Positions 47,590 through 60,499 of a DNA stretch of 64,000 nt are shown in pieces. Origin of the DNA: the human T2T-CHM13v2.0 reference genome, Homo sapiens. The position numbers and the translations under genes are program-made. Where the stretch lies: the NCBI RefSeq assembly GCF_009914755.1, contig NC_060925.1. One strand, written 5' to 3'. Each line of letters begins with the position of its first letter. Position 1 is the first letter of the stretch. Below the pieces are notes generated by a model. That model was not told the origin of the DNA. It was given only the letters and a program-made list of their open reading frames with translations, and did not search any database.

Positions 47590-49350
47590 CATATCATCTG
47601 GGTCCTAGTAAAGAATAGATTGCACAAAGTGAGTCATTTAAAGAGAGTTTAATAAAGGGACTATTTACAAACATGTGGACAATGTTTCAGAAAAGTAAAC
47701 AAAAGTTAGTGCAATATTCTGGGAAGACTTTATCATCTTTAGCCCTGAAGGCAGGGTTAAAGGATGGAAAGAATTATCAGGACCCAGAGAGAGAGAGAGT
47801 GATTTAGGGAAGCCTCTTGAGTTTATTAAGGGAAAGCAATCACCCTGGGGCAACTTAGCTGGGAGGAAACCCGAGAGGAAACTACTCTAAGCTCACTTTT
47901 CTCATGCCTTTTATATCTCTGTCAGTGTCTCCCAAGGGCTGAATCCAACTAGTCCTTATTGGACATATTGCTTTGGAAGAAGTAGGATATATACTTTATC
48001 TATAGGGTCACATTCCAAACCCCTCCACTCTATTCCTTTTTTTTTTTCTTTCCATCAGTCTTATGTAAGTAAAAAAATTTACATCCTTAACTCTTGCGAT
48101 AGGCAAAGTCCTACTTACTACTGTGTCATTATTGGATGATGTCAGTTTTTGTCATATTGTCACCTAAAACATAAAATATTAACCACAATCAGGGCTTTTC
48201 AAATAAAGTATTAGAAAAGAAAAGGGAAATGGATGACGGTAAAAAAACAAGGAACATAAAACAACGACTATTCTTGCTTCTGTAGCTAGCACAAATCTTA
48301 ACTTGATTAATTATCGCTTATTTCCTCTACCACTTAGGTCCTGCTGCCCGGACCTAAGCTGGTCAGATCACTTCATCTAATGGGTTACCCAAGCCTTCTT
48401 TCCAATAGGATCTGAATTCTCAGTAGACCTATCTTTATTGGGGTGCCATAATTTCCACTGTATTTCTGGTAGGAGCCATCCTCTTTATATACTGGGACTG
48501 CAAACCCCTCTGAGATGGTTCCTGAGTGAAGGGTGCATGGGGTGAGGCTGGAATATTCTTGGGCATAAGCCCATTGTGCATTTTCTTTGCTGTTAAGATG
48601 TGTTTTCTGATTTTACACAATGTCCCCCAAGACAACTGATAAGGTAATAGATAAGACGTTCTCTAGATTTGCAAATGATACTAGCAGAAATGTTTTAGGA
48701 AGAGAAAACATTTTACATCAAGAATATGTGTCTACCTCTCCATGATTGGGGGGGGGGGGTTCAATATAAGTAGTCTGCCACCATGTAGCCAGCTGATCAC
48801 CTGATGAGTGATGCTGTATAGAAGCCCTGATGCTGGTGTCTCCTATTGGCAAGTTGGGTGCTCAACAATGATAGCCCAATTGACCTTCGTGAGTGGACGT
48901 CCATGTTCTTGACTCTATTTATAATGTCCATTTCTGCCATCCTGGCCACTTTGGGCATGGACACTTTGAGTGAAAGCTGGTGTTGTTGGGGAAAGATGTT
49001 AGCTGACATCATGTTTGGCCCATTCTTCTGGTGAGTACGGAACACAAACAAAAATTACTCTGTGCGTACCTGAGATGTGCATTTTCTGACTGTCTTATGA
49101 CAAACTTCCAACCTTGCTCTTTTTAAAGTCTCTATCAGTTAACTAACCTCATAGTGGCTTGGCAGAAGAGTAGTAAAAAAATAAATATTCCAACTTCACT
49201 CTCCTGTCCTTCACTCTCCCGCTGGTGTCTCCTACTTGCTAAACCATCTGGGAGCTGGGTGGCAGGGGTCGTATTGATGTAGTTCACATGAGTCAGGCAC
49301 CCAGGGCACAGAGTAAGATGGATAAGGGGGAAGAGGCTATCCAGAGGGAT
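47590..49350 (-). mobile_element. ERVL remnant: LTR33-like LTR pieces (~47590-47952, ~49190-49350) flanking degraded internal sequence
   Basis: gagagtttaataaagggactatttacaaa LTR motif; internal pol homology (next feature). Confidence 0.65.
48755..49010 (-). pseudogene. ERVL pol integrase N-terminal relic
   Basis: Manual translation: LSPTTPAFTQSVHAQSGQDGRNGHYK*SQEHGRPLTKVNWAIIVEHPTCQ*...GDQLATWWQ, matching ERVL AHEQSGHGGRDG..HGLPLTKADL..CPICQ..GDQPATWWQVD. Confidence 0.85.
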
Positions 49351-49569
49351 TCAATTTACTTACCTGAAATTTAGTTCTCATACCAAGTACCACATTTAGA
49401 CTTCCTTTGGGAAAAATAAACACAGACACACATATACTGCACCTTTTACACATTTATTGAGGTGAGAGATATAAATAACATGTAAGCCAAAGGAGCAAGT
49501 AGATCCATACATTGTATAGTTCTTGAAAAAGACCAAGATCTCAGGGTCACAGATGGAAATAAGATTTGG

Positions 49570-49770
49570 TGACACAGCACACGCTTTAGATTCAGGAGTC
49601 CTGGCTTGGAATTCTGGATTAAATATAAAATAGCTCAGTGACCTTGAACAAATTATTTTCCTTTCTGGGCATCAGATTGTTAATATTTTAAATGAGCACA
49701 ATAATGACAAGGATTAGCGACATAAAAGTAGCTACAAAGTATTTGGCACATATTAAATGACAGCTACTAT
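49570..49770 (+). mobile_element. MIR
   Basis: gtgaccttgaacaaattattttcctttctgggcatcag. Confidence 0.6.
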
Positions 49771-49914
49771 TATCTAAGAAGGCAGTGCAGTTCTAAGTGG
49801 AAGCATAGAGTAATTTAGAGAAACAGCCGTTATTTAGGTAGAAAAAAAACAAATGTGCCAATATAGTTTAAGATCTTAAGAAAAAATGTAAAAGAGGCCA
49901 ATAAGAATAATATT

Positions 49915-50223
49915 GGCCTGGGTGCGGTGGCTTCTGCGTGTAATCTCAGCACTTTTGAAAGCTGAGGCTGGTAGATTGCTTGAGTCCAGGAGTTTGAGAC
50001 CAGCCTGGGAAACCTGGAAAAACTCCATCTCTACCAAAAATACAAAAAATTAGCTTGGCATGATGGTGCATGCCTGTAGTCCCAGCCACTAGGGAGGCTG
50101 AGGTGGGAGAATTGCCTGAGCCAGTGGAGGTCAAGTCTTCAGTGAGCTGTGATCACACTACTGCTCTCCAGCCTGGGTGACAGAGTAAGACCCTATCTCA
50201 AAAAAATAATAATAATTAAAAAA
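49915..50223 (+). mobile_element. AluJ (Jb-like)
   Basis: gattgcttgagtccagg, gaggtcaag, (aat)n tail. Confidence 0.92.
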
Positions 50224-50699
50224 TTACTTTTCAGACTTTTTTTCCAGCTTCCTTTCAGCTTGTTGTTTGCCAGAATCATTCATGCCAGCACAGGGAATCT
50301 TGAGTGCTATATGTGCTTGTGTTCTGCACTTAGAAAAGTAGGTCAGAATGAGTTTATTAAGGTCAGGATAGCGATGGCTTAATAACTGGTCTGCTCAATG
50401 CACATTTGTCATAAACATCTGGATTGTTTTTTAAATTGCTGGGTTTATAAATACTAGTTTCAAAATTCGTCTTGTATGGCAGGTGATTTTTATATACGCA
50501 AACACTAATTTGAACTATTTTACTAGTTTAGCATGCCTAATGATGTTAGTATATATTCAGAACTATGCAGAAAATTACAAGAGATGCTCCACAATACATT
50601 TGTGAAGATTTTTATAGAAAGGACCTGAATATCAGTGTATAAAGAAATATAATTTTGATGTCTAGGATTAATGATAAAAAATCAAATAAAAACTGTCGA

Positions 50700-51500
50700 A
50701 TAGCTTATTAACATATTTAAAATGCTGAATTAAAAAAAGTCATGAAAGACTTCTATGACCAGATAAACTATCCTTTGAAAGTAAGGCTAAATTGAGACAA
50801 TTTCAGGTAAACACGTGATGAGAAATTTTGTAACTAGCATGTCTACACTATTAGAGACACTAAAGGAAGCTGATGGGAAATGACATCACACGGAAACTCA
50901 AAGAGGAATGAAGAGCTCCACAAATAGTACACTGTGAATTATGAAAGACTATACAACACACACGTGCACACACACACACAGAGATTTCTTTATACACACA
51001 TACCTAACAGTTTTCTTTTCTTAATTCTTACAAGATAAATAGCATTGCTGTTTGTTGTGTATGTAGATGTGATATGTATGGCAACGATGTCACTGAAGAT
51101 GGAGACAGTAAATGAAAATCTACTATTACAAGTTTTCCATATTTTAATGAGGTTAATTTCATATCAACTTTGATTACAATAATTTAGATTAGAAAAAAAT
51201 TAAAGATGCATATTGTAATATTCAGAGAAACTGCTAACAAATAATGCATTAAACTAAAAAATAATTATGGATATAGAGTACTAGAATCATTTGATTCAAA
51301 GAATACAAGAATGAAGGGATAGAGGAAGAAAAACAGGTAAGACAAATCAAAAACAAATAGCAAAATGGCAGACATTAAAACAACCATGTCTATAGTTACA
51401 CTAAGTAAAATGTATTAAACATCTCAATCAAAAGGCAGACATTGTCAGACTGGATAGTATAGTGCAAATATGCTACCTACGAAAGATCAACCATGAATAT
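50700..51500 (+). mobile_element. Old L1M ORF1-end / ORF2-start region
   Basis: aaactatcctttgaaagtaagg...aacaaatagcaaaatggcagac...caatcaaaaggcagacattgtcagactggat. Confidence 0.75.
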
Positions 51501-51997
51501 AAATCCAGTACCTCTGGGTGATATTAATTCCTCTCCGCTTAGTTTAGTTGTGAATCTTTATGTTCTGGTGATCTATAAACTATAAAGGACAAGTTATCTA
51601 TACCATTCTGTCTGGCTAATATACCATAGTGGATTAGGGAAAGTACAACCAGAAATAGAAATTCCCACCCAGTAATGAAAAGAATGAAAGACCATGAAAA
51701 TTACAGAATTCTGCTGTGCAAGCTCTGTGAAGTTTCCCTACCCCTAATGGTGGGGAATTTTCCTTGATTAGAAGCTAATTTTACTCATTTTGAAGCAAAG
51801 ATTTTTTTCATTGTTTCCTGGCTCTGCCTTTCTAGAAGTTATTCCTTGTCCAGTCTCCTCCCTGACTGCCTCTGAAAGAAGTGTTGGACATGACACCTTT
51901 CCCAGAGCATTCAAAGTCCACTTAATGTGATGCAACTCTGGATACCTGAAGATTGTTGTCGGCATTGAGCCATTGGAGGCATTTTTAGAATGGCCTC

Positions 51998-52603
51998 GCA
52001 CTGTAAACTAGTTCAACCATTGTGGAAGTCAGTGTGGCGATTCCTCAGGGATCTAGAACTTGAAATACCATCTGACCCAGCCATCCCATTACTGGGTATA
52101 TACCCAAAGGATTATAAATCATGCTGCTATAAAGACACATGCACACGTATGTTTATTGCGGCACTATTCACAATAGCAAAGACTTGGAACCAAGCCAAAT
52201 GTCCAACAATGATAGACTGGATTAAGAAATGTGGCACATATACACCATGGAATACTATGCAGCCATAAAAAAGGATGAGTTCATGTCCTTTGTAGGGACA
52301 TGGATGAAGCTGGAAACCATCATTCTCAGCAAACTATCGCAAGGACAAAAAACCAAACACCGCATATTCTCACTCATAGGTGGGAATTGAACAATGAGAA
52401 CACACGGACACAGGAAGGGGAACATCACACACTGGGGCCTGTTGTGGGGTGGGGGGAGGGGGGAGGGATAGCTTTAGGAGATATAGCTAATGCTAAATGA
52501 CGAGTTAATGGGTGTAGCACACCAACATGGCACATGTACACATATGTAACAAAACTGCACGTTGTGCACATGTACCCTAAAACTTAAAGTATAATAAAAA
52601 AAA
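51998..52603 (+). mobile_element. 5'-truncated L1PA3-like element
   Basis: ORF2 C-terminus (CCYKDTCTRMFIAALFTIAKTWNQ) and 3'UTR tgctaaatgacgagttaatggg...ccctaaaacttaaagtataataa; TSD agaatggcctc at 51987-51997 and 52686-52696. Confidence 0.95.
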
Positions 52604-52686
52604 TAGGGATAGCAGGGCTCAAAGTAGGAAAAGAAAAAAATAAACTCAGAAGGGAATTTCTTGGCAAAAAAAAAAAAAAAAAAAAA
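52604..52686 (+). other. 62-bp 3' transduction plus second poly(A) of the L1PA3
   Basis: Non-L1 sequence between two A-tails, AATAAA at 52639-52644, A21 at 52666-52686, enclosed by the TSD. Confidence 0.9.
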
Positions 52687-54339
52687 GAATGGCCTCATGG
52701 TTCTCAGCTATGCAAGTCCCTGAAGAAGGTAGGCTCCTAACCAATTTGCTTCTAGTGGGTACCAGATGCTGTCAGAATTGTTAAATTTATTTCTTTGCTT
52801 CCAAGCCCTACACCTTTGTTTCTCATTAATGGCAACAACTGGGAGAACATCAGGCTTGGGGATGGGGGCAAGGAAGGCCAAACTCTTAGTTGAGATTTTT
52901 TTGTTTTTTTTTTGTTTTTTCTTCAAGCAGGGCTGAGTCTTACTATACCCTTTGTAATAAAAATCTTTCCAAACTTATTTTCCACTGCTTGAGTTCTAGA
53001 ATCACTCAGTTTTTCAACACTCTGAGATCCCATATAATGGTACTCTATTCCTCTTAATATCTGCTTGCTAAGTAGCTACTTCTTGCCTGAGCTTATTTTT
53101 TTACATAACATGCTGCACATGGCCATTAATGACCAGCACACTTTCTATACTCTATTATACAATCTCTATTACAGCTACAAGTCTGCCTCAGACCTTATCA
53201 CCAGGCAATGGCTTTACTAGTGTTTAGATGCCTAACCTCTAACTCATGCCACTGAGGTGGGGTTTTTGTGTGACAGCACCTGTACCTAACACCAATTTCC
53301 ATATTATTTAAGAATGCTAGAGGCTGTGAAAGATAAATCCTGAAATCTCACAGACTTAACAAGTGGTTTGTTTCTTAGTCATGTAGAGGCCAATGTGTGA
53401 CAGAGGTAGGGGTCCTGCTCCACGGAATCATGTCAATCACAAGCCTGTTACTTTCTGCTTTCTTCAGTGTGTGGCATCTGAAGTCTTCCTGGGCATTGAC
53501 ATCCTGCTGGTTAATGGAGATAAGAATGGCACATGAAATTTCTGGCCCACATTTAACAACCAGAAACTGAATTATGTGACCACATTTAACTGAAAAGTTG
53601 TTTTAAAAAATGAGTCTAGCTGGAGAAAAAAAAGTTTAGTTAGTCTCTGTCAAATAGTTTAATGGTCTGGTAATAAATTAGATACGTGTTTAATGATATT
53701 CCTCCTAAAATGAAGTTCATTAAATGAAATTGTGTTGGACCATGCAAAAGCTAAAGCAAAATCAGAAAAACAAAATGGCATCTTCTGATATTAAAATCAG
53801 TGAGAGTAAAAATACAAATGAAAGAGCTTGGCCTCCTGCAGGGATGATTTGCAAATGTGTTGGGCACAAATTTTCTAAATTTACTCAAGGTGAAAAAGAA
53901 TATCAGCCCGAAGATATGAATGTAATATAGATCATGCAATAGAAAATGTAGCCTTAATTGTTTTGTAATACATCCTATAGTTTGATGACTGCTTCAAAAG
54001 GGAAATTAAAGAGTAAAAATGTGTTAGTGTTTTGTATAGCACTAAAAAAAAAGCAGTAAGAGGCCAGCTATATCTGGTGGTTACAAATGTTCAAATCACT
54101 TAGAAGAATGTGTTTTCTGTAGTTAAAATGGGATAATTCTCTGCATTTACCATAATCTGTAAATACAGACACTTATCAACATTCTTCAGGTCCATTTTGC
54201 TGTATCTTTATTCTCATTATAATTCTGATTATTAATTTTAATAGATATTTAGGCCATGCCATTGAATATTTGTCACAAGTCACTCATTATTTTATGCTCT
54301 TTGAATGAGTTAATTTAGTTTTCTAGCAACTCTCAGTTT

Positions 54340-54495
54340 TCTGTTTCACTGACAAAGAAACTCAGAATCACACTGAGGAAGTGACTTTGAAAATGGGGCT
54401 ACTAGAAACCCAGCTGATGAGTTGCAGGGTTGAATTTCAGATAGATTTATCTGATGCTGAATGCCTTGATCTTAGCTAATGCAGTATCCTGCCTC
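54340..54495 (-). mobile_element. MIR fragment
   Basis: tgtttcactgacaaagaaactcag...ggaagtgactttg. Confidence 0.5.
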
Positions 54496-56419
54496 TCATA
54501 GGAAATAGAGGCTGGTATTGGAAAGGGGATAGTGAAAAGTTATATCTTCAATTAAAACAAATGGATTTACCTTCTTTTTTATATCTTGTGTGAGTTTTGT
54601 TGATTTTTGTGGTGTACCCTCTGTCTTTCAGGTGGAAAAAAAGTAAAGAAGATCAAAAGCCCAGTATTATGCATTCATTGTTGGTATGACTTATATTGTT
54701 GTTAAAAGATACTCCATCTCCTGTCTACTAAATATCAGACATTACTCATTTTTGCTTAAGAAACATTTCCCAGATGGTCTCAATTTTATTTTGTGTGCTT
54801 CCTAGATCTGACTGTATGTCCAAAGTCACCTGTTTCAAGAGTACATTGTGTATCTCTCTCCATTAGGAATAAATCACTGATCTCATCTTCAGTATTTTAA
54901 AGTAAAAAGATTAATTCTCTTTGGATCATAAAATACTAGGACCAATTTAAATGAAACATGTGACATTTGCATAAATTTGTTCTTGCTTTGGTTTTGGTCT
55001 TCTCATTTTATTCAAACACAAAAATTCTTGTAACACTAATAATAAACTCTACTCTATCCTCACGCTGTCTTGCGGCTGCAGCTACTGGACCAAGATAGCT
55101 CTGGACTATCAATGCTGGTACTAGATACTTCTATATAAATTTTTATTATAACTCCAACATCTGAAATGTAATGGAGATTATAGTTCATTAATGTTACTAT
55201 TCTCTTTAAATATGGCGCCTGTTTATTTCTACCTGTTTTTACAGAACACTCATAAGACCCTATTCTGTTTGGACCTGACAATTTAATCTGTGTGTTGTCT
55301 CCCTCTGGCTGTGAGATTAATATATTTTGACCATTCTATGAATTGCTTGAAAATAGACCTTATACACTAGTATTTGAAAGTTTGTCTTGTAATACCTTGC
55401 AAAACTTCATACACTTTTTGTTATCATACTAACCAAAAAAATATACGTGGAAGGGTAAAGATCGATAAATCAATTGGCTAAGTAAGTGATTGAGATTTCT
55501 GCTTCCTTTTATTTCTTCCCTGTTATAGATTCAAATTTAGAATTTCTATAGTTATATATGGAAATGAGGCCTATTCATTCAACAGTCATTTATCAGTAGT
55601 CACTGAATTTCCTGCCCTGGGAATCACAGTCTAGCAGCGTAAGCAGAAAGGTTGACAAAGTAAACAACTAGAGTGGAAAGTCTAATCAGACAACTTTGCT
55701 AAGGTGACCACTTTTAACTCTCTACCATTTTTAATTCATTCTTGTCTCTGAAGGGTGCTTGTGCAGTCACAACTATGTATTCTTTTGTAAAACAGCTTAC
55801 AGGGGAAAAAATTGCTGATAGTGTTGTTCATTTACATTTAATCATATTTAAAACCAATTTAGACTAGCTTGGATATTAAGGAAATTCACTGATTTATATT
55901 ATTCCATAGCAACCTGACGTTAAAGAAAATATTAAACCAAGAAGCTTGTGTGCACAAATAGACTTGCCTTTGCATTGGGGAGTCCTAGAGAATTCCAGAA
56001 ACATGAGCTGATCTTTTAGTAACCATAACAATGTTATCAAACACAAACATACAAGGCATTCTTTTCCAAAGTTGATCTGGAAACATTGGGATTTCCTACC
56101 TAAGGCTGTTTTCATTGGAGAGGGGTTTAGTAGGGTGAAAAGTTTACACAGTAAGAAGTAATGGAGAATGGGAGATAGAAGTCTCAATATCATATCCTCT
56201 GTTTTTCTTTTCTTGCTGTGATTGACTCATCTCATGACTACAGTGACTTATTTGACCTGTCTATGCCACAGTTTACTAACCAAACTGTGACACGACACTG
56301 CTGAGAGTTTGATTTACCATCTCTTTGTGTATTGTTGACATTCACCACTGGAGGATAAGTACTAAAAAACTATATTAGACAGGATTTTTGCAGGGGTCTA
56401 ATTTCATTAATAAGAAATG

Positions 56420-56655
56420 TTTGGAAAAGGCAAAACTATAGAGATAGAAAGCACCTCAATACTTGTCTGGGGTTGATGGTTAAACTGGAAAGTGACTGCA
56501 AAGGGGAAGAGGGAATGTTCTGAGGGGATAGGAGTGTCCTTAGAGGAAACCGTGGTGATGGTTGTACTGCAGAACTGCGTACATGCACTAAAAGCCATTG
56601 AACTCTATATTAACATCGGGTAGATGTCAAGGTATCTAAATTATACCTCAATAAA
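56420..56655 (+). mobile_element. L1MB/L1ME-type 3' end
   Basis: ggaaaaggcaaaactatagagatagaaag...aaattatacctcaataaa. Confidence 0.85.
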
Positions 56656-56669
56656 CAGGTAACTTTCCT

Positions 56670-57210
56670 GTTGCTCCCACTTCAGTGAGAGAAAAGGCAG
56701 AGTCCTTACCATGACCCCAAGGATTGGCATGATCTGGCCCCTTTCCTGCTTCTTTGTTCTCAGCCTTCTCCCCTCACTCACCCACTCAGCCACCTCCTGC
56801 CTCTGGGCCTTTGCACTGGCTGTCCCTTTACCTTAAACAATCATCTCTGTATCTGTGTGAGTCCCTTCCTTTCCCCCTTCAAGTCTTTGTCCAAATGTCA
56901 CCTCCTGAGAGAAGGCTTTCCAGACAACTCTACTAAATTGCAACCTTCCCACCTATCTTCTTCCCCAGCTTTGTTTCTCTTCGTGGCACTTATCACCATG
57001 TGTGGATTTTTACATGTATACTGTACATTTTTCTTATTTGTCTGGTATACTGTTTGTCCCTGTCCATCTTCCACCTCCCTATCCTACCTTCAACTAGAAA
57101 CCTGGGCTCCAAGAAAGCAGGGTCTTCTTTGTCCATAGCCGTGTCCCCAGCATTAGCACAGAGCCTAGCGTGTAGCAGTAGCTCAAAACACCTTAGTTAA
57201 AGGAATGAAT
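56670..57210 (+). mobile_element. L2a 3' end
   Basis: catgatctggcccc...gggcctttgcactggctgtccc...aaatgtcacctcctgagagaagg...ggaatgaat. Confidence 0.88.
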
Positions 57211-57559
57211 GGCAGAGCGGTGGGCTCTGTGTCTGAACCTCTGGATAAAGCAGGAGCAGATGGTCTAGGGCGTGAGTCTGGGCCCAGGGACTGCCATATC
57301 TGTGCTAGTTTTCATGGAGGTAGAGGGGACGATGGTGGTAGCTGTGGACAGTGATGGCTAAGACACTTTCTGATCTTGGACCTGCATATCTCATCTCACA
57401 ATTTCCAGGGACATCCCCTAAGGGCCCCAGGAGGTAGCCAAAACCATAACGGATGTACAGGGGCCACAGGAATCCAGGCTTTCTAGCACATCCTCACTGG
57501 TCATCTGAATATACCAAGAGTATCAGATAATCCCACCTCATCCCAAGATGTTTCACGAT

Positions 57560-57960
57560 GCATTCATTACCCACCTGAAGAACACCTGCTCTGTGCCTGC
57601 CCCTGAGCCTGACAGTGCTGAAGACAGCACTATTAGGGTGGTGACTGAGACAGTCCTGGCTCTGCCCTCCTGGGGCCCTCAGTCTGGTGTTGGGGAGAAA
57701 GACAGCTCAGTCACTGCACAGTGACCACCCAGAATGAGCAGGGCAGGGGTAGGGAAATCATAGCTGGGGCGGGGTGGGGGGGTGCCGCGGAAGCCCAGAG
57801 GTGGCACCTGACCGTCTGAGGAGGTTCAAAAAGGGGTTCCCAGGAAAGGGAACATCTGACATCTGCAGGACTAGTAGGATCCACCTGGTAAAGAGAGGAG
57901 AAACATGGGCAAAACCTGGGAGAAAAGAGATGGTGAGGCAAACTCCTGGAAATAAAAGAG
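57560..57960 (-). mobile_element. L2 fragment
   Basis: cattcatt...acacctgctctgtgcc...ctctgccctcctggggccctcagtctgg. Confidence 0.6.
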
Positions 57961-57988
57961 GTTTGCAACGACTGACCCTCCTCTAGTC

Positions 57989-58181
57989 CAGTGGTTTTCA
58001 AGGAAGAGGAATTTTTCTCCCTCGGAGACACTTGGCAGTGTCTGAAGACATTTTTGGTTTGTCACAACTGGAGAGGAGTATGTACTGCTAACATCTCATG
58101 TGTAGGGGCCAGGGACAGCTTCTTAACAACGAAGAACTTGCCAACCCAAATTATCAGTAGTGCTGAGGTTGAAAAATCCTA
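57989..58181 (+). mobile_element. MER20 (hAT-Charlie) with an internal deletion
   Basis: cagtggttttcaa...gacacttggcagtgtctgaagacatttttggtttgtcacaactgg...gtgctgaggttgaaaaatcct. Confidence 0.9.
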
Positions 58182-59999
58182 ATCTGATCTGAAGAAGAGA
58201 GTCAGGTTATGCAAAGCCTTCATCTGCTAAAGAATGTGTACTTTATCCTGATGGCAATGAGTTTTAAGCAGACACGGGTCAAGAGTAGATCTGATTGTAT
58301 CTGGAAGCTGAAGGCTATCAGGGCAATCTGAGCTCTAGTCTCTCTCTCTGATCATCCCTTACCTCACCTATAATCAACAGCCACTAAAAAGGAAAGAACT
58401 CCTTTCAGCAAGACTGTGGTGCCCCTGAAGACAGGGACAGAGCCTTCATTGCAAAGCTTATTCAACAGACATTTCCTAAGCTGCCCCCAGGCTGTGCGCT
58501 GGTTGAGAATCCTGAAAAATTCAGACCAGGTATGTTGGGCTTTTTATACAGATCTTACCCTTGTGTCATTTCCTGTTGATACTATTTGTCTCCTACAGTT
58601 CCTGGCATAGACTTTTGTCACCTCTAGTCTCCTCTCCCACTCCACTGATGGCAAGGACATGGCTAGAGACATCTTTGTGGCCCACCACTGGGCTGGCCCT
58701 CCTGTTCAACCCCTCCATTTACCACTGGAGAAATGAAGGCCTGCAGAGGGAGAGGAAATTACCCAAAGTCACCCAGAGAGTCTCCTCCTGTCTGACTAAC
58801 GCTCCTCTCCCCTGTGCTACTACCCACATGTAAGCCACATCCGAGTGGGTATGTCCACAGCACTTCAATTCCTCAAGTACCTGAACAGTGGCTGCCTGAA
58901 CGGTCCGATATGCTCTGCAGCTCAGTTTGGTTGACGAGGCAAGTCAGAAGTTATCAGCTCTTGGGGTGATTCCTCCATAGGATCAATTTATGCTCAAAGC
59001 ACACCCATCTCAGTCCTAATCACCTTGGGTCAGTAATGTCTGCCAACTTCTACATGGAATGGTTCCCAAAACTAACCTGGGTGATCTGCAAATAGCTTAG
59101 TCTCTCTGTTCCTTGGATTCCCATCTGTAAAATGGGTCTGTTGACCTCCGCAGCCTGTTCCCTTAACCCATGAAGATTACCTGACTTTCCCAGAGCTAAA
59201 AAACTTCCAATAAATCATTGCCCATGCCTCAGGCACTGCGAGAAAGGCTCTGAATGCCAGATTACTCTAGAAACCATTTTGGAGTCTGGAATTTTGGAGT
59301 TGAGAACCCAGGGCACCTGTGCCACTGTATCCCTGGCTTGAGCAGAGTGCCTGGTGGCTGCTGAGGTGAGCATACAAAAAACCCAGTAAACAACAGGACC
59401 CTACTATGGTACGATGCAACCCCCCTGGCCAGGTACTCAAGATGGTGCTACAAGGCACTGGATTCCACACAAATGGAAAGGACACCCCAGTGGAAGGGTC
59501 CTCACCCAGGGTGGAGCAAACCCTTTACTCTTATCTCAGCCTGGGTGCCCTACCAGAGCCACCTACTGCACTGCCGCTGTATTCTGGATTGTTCAGTATA
59601 TTACTTCTAATTAATCTGAGACCCTCACTGCACTTTGAAACATCAGAGCATGGTTGCATTGCTGTCCTAAATTTTCCAACTTTCCCTTAAGCAGTAACAG
59701 CCACATACAAGGATAAATCTCAGGATAATGGCATTAGAAATGTATTTTTATGGTTAGACAATTTTCCATATTATCTACCATTGAATTTTCAGAAATGACT
59801 TGCATTAAAAATAAAGTTGTTGTTATCCTTTATTAAATTTTTAAGATGTCTTTCACTAAAAATAAGTAGTCGTTTCTAAACCTATAAGTAAAATGACTCC
59901 TTGAGTAATTGATTTAATAATAGGCCACTTTTCAGAATTTCCTAGCCTGTATCCTATGCTTAAACATAACTTTATCTTTTTTACCTACTACTAATAAAG

Positions 60000-60160
60000 C
60001 ATCGTATAGATAATTCTCACTTGAGCCTCACACTTTCCTGTAAAAAAGCAGGATGGACATTATTTTTTCTCATTTGAAAAACCAAGACATTGAAACTCAT
60101 GAAATTTTTTGCATGTTCAAACAACTCACAATAATGGAGCCAAGACTACAATGTAGACTT
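60000..60160 (-). mobile_element. MIR fragment
   Basis: cattatttttctcatttgaaaaaccaagacattgaaactca. Confidence 0.55.
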
Positions 60161-60184
60161 CTGTTAGGTGTTGATAAAAATAAA

Positions 60185-60445
60185 ATGGTTAGGATCTTGA
60201 ATTCTGTAGTAAGAAGAAAATAGGTTCAAATACTGCCCCCATCATTTACTTGCTTTAGGGAACTGGACAAGCTATTTAATTCTTTCACTACTCAGTTTCT
60301 TTATCTATAAAATAGGGAAAATAATAATGTCTACCTCATAGTTTGGTTATACTAATTAAATAAATACCTATGTAAAGTATTTAATGCAGTGCCTGGTTTA
60401 TAAGCCCAATATGCTTATGAGGCTCATTCAATAAATGATTGCTAC
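60185..60445 (+). mobile_element. MIR
   Basis: ggttcaaatactgcc...ctcagtttctttatctataaaatagggaaaataataatgtctacctcatag. Confidence 0.85.
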
Positions 60446-60499
60446 TGTAATCAGATTTGTCCTTCCTTTCTACTCTATAAAGGCATCCTCAACAAAGTG

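Larger units (their letters stand above)
51510..53650 (-). mobile_element. Old MLT1 internal region plus LTR (~53300-53650), interrupted by L1PA3
   Basis: MaLR int/LTR junction-like cagcacc...accaatttcc followed by aatcctgaaatctcacagacttaacaa. Confidence 0.5.

Noticed and set aside
52446-52467. G-quadruplex motif
   Set aside because: Ordinary known feature of the L1PA 3'UTR
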